From NCBI RefSeq assembly GCF_009914755.1, contig NC_060931.1: DNA of 64,000 nt. The stretch is one strand, 5' to 3'. Both the position numbers and the translations under genes were made by a program. The stretch's first letter is position 1; each line of letters starts with the position of its first letter. The DNA is from the human T2T-CHM13v2.0 reference genome, Homo sapiens. This document shows positions 55,981 to 64,000 of this stretch, piece after piece. A model generated the notes under the pieces. That model saw nothing but the letters and a program-made list of their open reading frames with translations, did no database searches and was not told where the DNA came from.

Positions 55981-57426
55981 CACCTTTTTTTTTTTTACAG
56001 TGTACTTTTTTTTACAATGACTGTATCCTGCACCCTTCTGCAGGATTCCCCCAAAACTGGACTTGCCAGGGGAGAACTTCATGGGAGCCCCATCCTGCCC
56101 ACCCCAGCCTGGCCCCTGCCCCAAACCAACACTGCATTTTTAAGTTTCTAAAATCAGATCTGGGCCTGCCACTGTCCTATTTTGCCCCTGCCTAACACAC
56201 AGACTGTTCACTGGTGGCCTCTGTCCAATCCCCAGCCAGGTGTCTCCTGGCTGCCCAGGATATCACCCTTGCACTCACAGGGCCTCTGTCCTCCCTCCCC
56301 TGCTTGGGCTTCCTACCACCCCTGCCACACTGACGGGGGCCAGCCTCCCCAACTCTGGGTATTAGAAGGTGGGATTGGCATGGATTTGGTTCTTTTAACA
56401 AACGATGCCAGGGTTTGAATGGACTGTGTGTGTGGGAGAGTGAGGAGCAGCCAGGGAGATAGGGAGGAAGAGAGGAAGTTCCAAGATCACACCTCCAACA
56501 TAACGCAGAGATACCAGTCATGTCTTCTGTTCACAGGACTCATTGCATTTAGTAGAAACTATTTTCTCATCCTTTATCTTTTTCCTAACTTTGTGAAGCA
56601 GAAATTCTTTGAGCTAGAATACTGGTTGCGAACCTGTCAAGAAGTGTCTCTGTTTTCTCTGGACAGTTTGCCTGCTGCCCTCCGTATGCTGGTCCCTCCC
56701 TCCCCTGACTCAGGGTTGCAGAGGCAGCTGTGCCGGGGTCCTGTGAACTGGCTGGTTTGCACCCCCACCGACACCATGCTGCTGCCCCCAGCAGTGAGTT
56801 GGAAGTCAGGCTTTGCCCTAGACTCTACTCTTTGCTGCCCCTTCCAGCTGAGGGGGGTACCTTCTGCCCCCTACATTCTGTATGCCCTACTTGTAAATGT
56901 CCCTGGCTGTTGAGGTGCCAAGAGTCCTGAACCCAGAGAGTCTACCCTACTCTTCTCTGTTCTAGCATCTGGAGCTGGGTCCCACACAGCCTCTGGCATG
57001 GAGTGCATGGAGCCACCATGGAAGCTCACATCCAGACCCTGGTGCTAGGTCCCTGCAAGCAAGCCCTGCCCCACTGCCTGCCTGTCTGGGTGCTTCCTGG
57101 GCCACCCTTTCTGGCTCAGTGAACATTGCCTCCTCCTATTGTCCAGGGAACAGGCAGTGAGACTCCCCTGGGGCTGGCCCCTTAGACTCCTCCGAGTCCG
57201 CTGGGTTGTCTTTGCAGGGCTGTGTCTTTTTTAACATAGTGACCCAAGTGATTTCAGCAAGAGTAGGGGCCCTGGCTGCCAGGCTGAGCTGGGAAAGCCA
57301 CATCCCAGTGCCAGGGTTGGGCAGTCAGGGTGGACAGCAACAGATGCAGGATGGAGTGTTTTGGTCTCTTCCCAGAGGAGTCCCCCTCATTGCCCTGAAG
57401 TAACACTCACTTCTCTCCATCAACAG

Positions 57427-57729
57427 GTGACTGAGGAAGTCCACCGGCTGCTGAGAAGGTGCCCCTACCACTTTGTGTGCCGAGGCAAAGTCAGTGTCAA
57501 GGGCAAAGGCGAGATGTTGACATACTTTCTAGAAGGCAGGACTGATGGAAACGGCTCCCAAATCAGGTCCCTGGGCTTGGATCGGAAAATGTGTCCATTT
57601 GGGAGAGCTGGCCTTCAGGGCAGACGTCCCCCCGTGTGCCCCATGCCTGGCGTCTCAGTCAGGGCTGGGCTCCCTCCACACTCCCCAGGCCAGTACCTGC
57701 CCTCTGCAGCAGCTGGGAAGGAGGCTTAG
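57427..57729 (+). CDS. ADCY1: ADCY1 exon 20, coding part to the TAG stop
   Basis: caacag|GTGACT…GCTTAG; VTEEVHRLLRRCPYHFVCRGKVSVKGKGEMLTYFLEGRTD…SAAAGKEA*; 303 bp. Confidence 0.96.
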   Translation: MTEEVHRLLRRCPYHFVCRGKVSVKGKGEMLTYFLEGRTDGNGSQIRSLGLDRKMCPFGRAGLQGRRPPVCPMPGVSVRAGLPPHSPGQYLPSAAAGKEA

Positions 57730-60384
57730 TGGAGCCCACGTGGGCCTCTGGGGTGCACATGGGGTGGGAATGCTCCGGGGGTGACACAGGCCACGGTGGC
57801 TCCAGCCAGGACCAGCCAGACCAGCAGAGCAGGGAGCCACTTGCCAGGGTGGAGGAGGAGCATTGTCCAGGCATGGCCTGTGGCCCGAGGGCCAACCACC
57901 GAGCAGGCACAGCACAGCAGTGACTCGGTGAGGGGAGGACACCCGACTGTGCACACTTCCAGGCCTCCCTGGAGAGGTGTCCACTCCATCCTTCCCTCCG
58001 TGGCGTAGGGAGCACTGTTTCTTTCCAGCAAGCCTGTTCAGGTTTGGCCAGGTCGGCATCAATGTAAGGACCTTCAGAGCATCCCAGGGTTACAGCAAGA
58101 GCCACTGAGGTGTGGCTGGCAGAGCAACTGAGGAGCTCTGCGAGAGTGTGCCCTCTGAGACAGCCCTGTCCGCCCCGCCCAGGTGGGACCTGACATACAG
58201 GCGGCTCCAGCCCTGGGCAGCGGCTTCAAGAGCCAGAGTGGGAAGTCAGGCCTCTCTGGGAAGGTCACAAGGCCTGGGGTTGTTCACACCACAGGCACAA
58301 TACAGAGCTGTCCACTCTTGAACTGGACGGTCTGGGGAGAATTGAGAAGCTGCCTCTCACTGCATGGATAGTGGTGGCTGCTGGCTTTCAAGCGTGGTTT
58401 TTTGCTAAGAGCCAGAGGCAGGTCTTCTGGAGTTCTCAGGGGGGCCCTGTGACCCCCTCTCCACAACCATGGCCAGCATCGGCTTCTTGCTGCACCTGTG
58501 CATTCTCCACCCCTCCGCCAATGGCTTCCAGCTCCTAAAACACCTGGACATTCCCCATCCTGCACCGGCACTGTGTTTGTTCAGAGAAAACGAAGGGTGT
58601 CATTTCTTCTTTTCCCTGTGGCATCGTGGATCCTTTACATTTAGCAACAACAGTGTGAGGCTCCACTTCTGTTGAATATGAGCGGCTGTCACACCCATGA
58701 GCAAGTTTCCTTGATGGAAGATGCTGTTTCTCCGGCAGAACCAACCCTCCAGGACGAAGTTTCAGAATTGGCTGATGGTCGTGAGTGCAGGTGTCCCTGT
58801 TGTAATTTGCAGGGAAATTGACTGCAGGTGATAGTGTTGACGTCTGACGTCTGACAACCTCCTATGTGCATGTCTAAATAGTCACAATGAAGATGAAAAT
58901 AAGGATGATGGGGACGGGGTCCAGGAGGGCCACTGGGAAGGCACTATCCAGAAATAGTGGACAGAGGTCTGGCATGTGGAAACCTTGGATCTCGGTCACA
59001 GGGAGGAAGGCAGCTAGAAATGGGAGGGAAGCTTCTGGGTAGGCACCATAGTAGGGGAATGTCTAAAGACCCACTGCTCTGAGATGTGGTCAGAGAGGTT
59101 TCTGTGGACTGCAGATGAGGCCTGAGCCCTGCCTATGCTCAAAGCCAGCAGGGTTGGGGGTCCGCCTCCTCACTGCTCCTCAACAGCTGTAACCCTTTCC
59201 TGAGGGCCCCGACTTTTCAGAATAGGAGCAGAGAGAAGCCCAGACTTCCTTCCCTGGAGTGTAGACCTGTGTGTGGGACCTGCTCCAGGCTGATCCCTGT
59301 CCGCACAGGTGGGTGATGTCCTTGGCTGCTGCCGTCAGAGGCAGCCCCCTGCACAGGGAGGGGCTGATCCTGCCTCAGCTGTGTGGCCATGTGGGGGCAG
59401 CAGGGGCCTGGGCCATAGCTGGGGGAGGCCAGACCCTGAGGGCTTTGCAGGGCGGCCAGTGCAGTGATGCCTGGCGCTTCCAGCTGAGACAGGAGTCCGG
59501 ACAGAGGTGGGCAGGGTGGATGGCTTCGGGCAGGGAAGGCGGGTAGAGGCTGCATGTGGGGGCCCCTGTCTGCCTGTCCTTAGGGTGTGGATTAGGCTCT
59601 GGCTTCTGTGATGGTGCAAGAGGCAGGATGGTCTCCAGACACCTTCTTGCAGAGTGATTTTGACCAATGCCTTTCCAGCACCTTCCCCTGGTTATGACAG
59701 GGAGCTCCCAGGCCAGGCCACATGACCCCACAGGTAGGCTGACCCCATGGACCCACTGGAGACTTTGAGGGCAGAGCTCGGGCACCTTTCATCTTCCTTG
59801 GGTGGTCCTCATGTCGCTGTCCGCTCATGTTCCTGGTGTTCTGGCATCACCTTGTGCCGGTGGGGGCTGGGCTCCCGTGAGGTCCTAGGGCAGAAGGAGG
59901 TGCTTGCAGGGCCTCTCGCTGCTACTGGGACATCCACAGGACCTAATGTTTATGTGGAATCTCCAGGCTGCCATCGAGGGCTCCTGAGCTCATCCTGAGG
60001 ACCCAGGGTCCATCTGAGCTGGCTGTGGGCTGAGATCCTGGCTGGGGCCCTGCTGTCAACCTCTCCTCCAGGCCCTGCCTTGTCCCTGCTCCTGTGCTTT
60101 CCTCTCTTCAGGACAAATGGTTTGTCCTTATGGTCCCCTTTCCACTAGGATTTTCTCATCCTCATCTGTCTATCCCAGCCGGATTTAAAGCAGTCACTTC
60201 AGACAGGAGCCACAGGGAGCCTGTGAGGGAGTAGTGCGGTGGTGGTGAGTGTGGCTGCCCTGGCTCCCCCAGCTCACCGTGGTGCTGTCCTTGACCCACG
60301 AGCTGTTGAGAAGGGTGCAGAGCCCCTGGCACAGCCAACCCTGTTGCCCCCAGTGCCGCTGCCCAGCTTCGGCCATCCAGGTGG

Positions 60385-60945
60385 TGGGTAGACAGAGGAG
60401 TGAACCCCAAAGGTGTCCATGCCCCAGTTCTAAGCCCTGTGGCCAGGTGCTGTCACACAGCAAAGGGGACTTTGCAGGTGGAATTAGGGTTAGGGATCTA
60501 AGGATGGGAGGGGAACTTGGTTTATCTGGGTGGGCTCAGTGACCCCTTGGAATGGCTGAGGGAGGCAGGAGAGCCTGGAAAGATTCGAAGTGTCACAGAG
60601 ATGGTGCCGTCATTGCTGGCTTAAAGACAAGGGGCCAGGAGCCAACACCAGAGGCCACTCCACAACCCCAGCGCCAGTCAGCAAGGAAGCCGGGTGTCGC
60701 TCACACAACCAGAAGGAGCTGAGTTTGGCAACAACCCAAGTGAGCCTGAAGCAGATTCGCCCCAGAGCCTCCAGGCGTGAGTGGAGCCCAGTCCAGCGAC
60801 ACCTTGGTTTGGCCTGTGAGACTGAGAAGAGAGCCAGCCACGCCATGCTGTGCCTGGGGTCCACAGAGCCGGGAGGTCACACATGTACATCCTGGAAGCT
60901 GCCCAAGGTGTGGCCACTTGTAGGGCAGTGAGAGGAAGCCGTCGC
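60385..60945 (+). mobile_element. MLT1-type MaLR LTR within the 3' UTR
   Basis: gcaaaggggactttgcaggtggaattagggtt…ttatctgggtgggctcagt…cagcaaggaagc…gcagattcgccccagagcctccagg…acaccttggtttggcctgtgagac resembles MLT1D/E. Confidence 0.7.
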
Positions 60946-61133
60946 GGGGACCATGCTGCCTTCTCTGGGCTCACGACTGTTCTGGAAAGGACCCCATGGC
61001 AGACTTGGCAAGGTCTCCACTTCAGGGGAAAACATCTCCATCATCAGCAACTCCAAACCCCAGCCACTTCCTGGGAGTTCAGGAACTGTGTTTAGCCATA
61101 ATGTCCCTTGGGGTTTGGTGAAAAACAACTTCC

Positions 61134-61264
61134 TTTTTATTTGTGGGAAAACTGTATTATATTGCCTTATTTATTTTTAATCATGTACAATATTCATGTA
61201 CAAATGTTAGAGCCATTCGGGTAGGATTCTCTCTAAATTATTTATTGAAGAGGCTTTGTAAATA
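61134..61264 (+). promoter_or_regulatory. 3' UTR motif cluster: two ARE nonamers, CPE-like motifs and a Pumilio element
   Basis: TTTTTAT 61134-61140; TTATTTATT 61167-61175 and 61238-61246; TTTTTAAT 61174-61181; TGTAAATA 61257-61264. Confidence 0.55.
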
Positions 61265-63962
61265 GTGCACCAGTGACAGGTGCTGCCTGTTTACTCGTAC
61301 CAAAAATGAAGACAAGCCCCACACCCACCTCAGCCCTTGCTTGGCCATGCTGTGGCCCTTTGGAAATGACCCTGTGTGCTCCCCTCGCGACCCTTGCATG
61401 CCTTTCATGCCTGATGCCGTAGAGTAGAACACAGCCCCGGAATGCTTCCAGTTGCTTGCAAGGGACCATGCCGGCCCGGGTGGTCCATGCCTGCGGGGTG
61501 TCTGTATCCTGCAGGAGGACGCCCCTACAGACCCAGCAACCCAAGTTGCCAGCCCGTGTTTCTCAGACTTTAAAGCCACCAGGGCTTCTGGAACACCTGT
61601 CATAGAAGCAATAACTCTAACTCTATACTGTAGAGATGAGTCTGGTCCGAAGCAGATTAGTAATTTAGAGATAAGCCATGCATACAAGTTTGCCCCATTC
61701 TCTGGCTTGGGGTGGTGGGAGGCGGGGAGCTGCCACTCCCAAAGCCTCCACCCCTTCCTGAAGACCCAGCTATGAAACCGCAGTTCCTGTGGGTTGGGCT
61801 GCCCAGGCTGGTCAGAGCTCAGCACCCCAGGTCTGGTGAGCAGACAGAGCCGGCGTTAAACCCCGATCAGGTCATTGTCACCACACCCTTGCTTGGATGA
61901 GGAAGGAAGGAGGCAAAGGCACCCACTCCATCCAAGATCCATTCCAATTGATGAGCCTCAGTACTGGCCTCACACTGACCAACGGTGGTATGCTGCAGTT
62001 TGTTGGTTTGGTGCAGAGTCTAAAGGATAACATATCAAGGCTTACCTGTGATAGGCCATTTTAAGGAAATGGTGGCACTCTGAAGGCTGTCCCCATTCAC
62101 CTTCCACAATGCTGGTACCATCCTGGTAGAAGAGCCCTCTGAACAGGACACCTGTTCAGGCCTGGGGGCCCCATGCTAGGCTTGCCTGGGTGTGAGAAGG
62201 TCGAACTGGGTGGCTTAGGCCTTCAAATTGAGCTTGGGGGTGTCCAAGAGAGGGGTCTTATTCGAGGAACTCACATACCCCAAATAACCATCAGTGCACA
62301 AATCATTCCATGCTCTTTGGCACCAGGCAGGAGATGCTGCAGGCAGGTGTCCGTAGTTGGCAAAAATGGGCAGTAGGGGAAATGGAGTTGCTTCAACCTT
62401 TCTCAGTCCCGGCCCTCACTGCACCCACCAAGTCAAGCAGAGCTGGGTGGGCTGAGACCAGCATCCCAGCTGGACTGAGCCTGGGGGGAGGGGCTGGAGC
62501 CAAGGAGCCCCCCTGGGTGGGGGCATCAGGAGCAGGGGCAGGGCCTGAGGACTGCTCCCCCTGCATGGAGGGCAGGCCAGGATGGAGCCCAGGGTAGACT
62601 TTGAGGAAGGCTCAGTGGGCTCAGCAGAAGGAAGGCTCTTCTCATAGTTGTGGTTTTTCACAGATGGATTTGGGTGATCTGAGTGTGGTCAGGCCCTGCC
62701 GTTGGGGAATGAATGCCACACGGGGTTTGTCTGTAAGCTGCAGTGTCTGTGATTCTGTGTGAACTGACAGCAGGGAGCTGAAGGACAGGCCCCGGCCTTG
62801 GGAGAGGACACGGGCATGGGCTGCTGGATGCAGGGCTCCCAGGGCTGTGAAGGCAGAGGGGTCTCTGGAGGCAGACAGGGTGGGCTGGGGGCCAGCAGCA
62901 GGGGGCAGAGCCCCAGCCAGGGCAGCTGCTTCCTGCACATAGACATTCCTCCTGCGCAGGGCCAAGTGCCCATGAGCACAGCCCCAGACAGACACGGTGG
63001 GGAGCTTGGAGCCCTCCGCTCACCTAGAGGAGCCCTGGGACACGCACTGGAAAGTATTCTAGGGGCTTCCTGCCTTATCCTTCTGTTTGTTCATACACTT
63101 AGTGAAAGCAGATCCTGTACTAGGATGTGAGGATATCTGTCACCTGCGTGGTCCATTCCATAAACACCAGATTCCATTTCAGTTGCCACACATTTTGGGG
63201 CTAGACTTCCCTAAACAACATGCCATTGTGAAATAATGCATATATTTGTATTTTTAAATTTCCCTGAAAATTTAATCTATTCTGTTCCATATGAAGTCTG
63301 TTTCACTACCTTAAAAAATAGATACTCCACTAGAGGCTGTGCTTAATTCAAATCCATGTGTGTGCCTGCATTACATGTGTGAACACGTGTTTCTGTTGTG
63401 TGTGTCATGCACATCTGTGTGTTGCATAGCATAAGCCAAATGAAAATCATTTGTTCATGGGATTCATATGAGGAACAAAATTAAATTTGAATACAGTCAG
63501 ATAACTGCCACGCAGGGCATTTGGGGAACCATCCCCGAATGCCCTGATGTGATTTCCCTCAGAAAATCCTTGTTATTAGAGGAGAAGGTCTGGGCAGGGG
63601 CAGCAGCATCTCAGACATCAAGTCAACTTTATCATCTACTACATCAGCACTGAAGTCCAGGGGCATTGAGGCACTAACTAGGTTCCATTTTCTTTGGTTT
63701 GGTTACTTATTTTTTCTTTTTGGGTTCTCGGTGTGCAGAGGCTGTAGAGAGAGCCTCAGGGCGGTGACCGCTGCAGGAATTCGGCCCTCCAGCTCCCCTC
63801 CAGTTACCAGGAGCCGATTTGGAGGCCAGGCCTTCCCAGCTGAGTGTCTGTCAGCTTCATTCTCTCTCAGCTGTGCAGTGGAAGAGCAACAACAGACAGG
63901 TGACCTTCTTGGGTTGTGCTTCACAATGGACTGGGAAAAACATCTTTGAAATCAGGAAATCA

Positions 63963-64000
63963 GGCCGGGCGCAGTGGCTCATGCCTGTAAGCCCAGCACT
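63963..64000 (+). mobile_element. Alu 5' end (cut by window edge)
   Basis: ggccgggcgcagtggctcatgcctgtaagcccagcact. Confidence 0.9.

Larger units (their letters stand above)
57730..64000 (+). other. ADCY1: ADCY1 long 3' UTR (probably continues beyond the window)
   Basis: Follows the stop codon; I found no AATAAA by eye in these 6.3 kb; ADCY1 is known for a multi-kb 3' UTR. Confidence 0.75.

Noticed and set aside
57481-57483. CGA (Arg1038) codon, which I recall as the site of a reported nonsense allele in recessive hearing loss
   Set aside because: The sequence here is the intact CGA; I saw no disrupting change in any exon, so the gene is not a pseudogene
57727-58008. Frame stays open ~92 codons after the ADCY1 stop (possible readthrough extension)
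   Set aside because: The stop context is TAG-TGG, not the known TGA-CTAG readthrough motif, and an open frame of this length is unremarkable at this GC content

Overview
Primate (almost certainly human) genomic DNA covering the 3' part of the Ca2+/calmodulin-stimulated adenylyl cyclase gene ADCY1 on the + strand. Fifteen coding exons (exons 6-20 of the recalled 20-exon model, 1485..57729) splice in a consistent frame. They encode the end of C1a, the calmodulin-binding C1b, the second transmembrane cluster (M2), C2a and the C-terminus (...SAAAGKEA*). A long 3' UTR appears to run past the window end. Introns contain L1s (old L1M, L1PA and a young inverted L1HS-Ta), Alus, MIRs, LTR/ERVL remnants and several minisatellites. 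Nearly all entries in the six-frame ORF track are spurious or L1-derived. I see no new gene or multi-gene system. The most interesting signals concern RNA processing and genome structure: (1) a tandem repeat that copies the end of exon 11 and its splice donor four times; (2) a putative alternative terminal exon with AATAAA just after the CaM-binding exon; (3) a GC-AG intron whose acceptor lacks a pyrimidine tract; (4) a twin-primed L1-Ta missing ~1.9 kb internally, which with an intron-8 L1 brackets the in-frame exon 9-14 (M2) block; (5) a compact ARE/CPE/Pumilio motif cluster in the 3' UTR. Repeat subfamily calls are from recalled consensus sequences and boundaries of old repeats are approximate.
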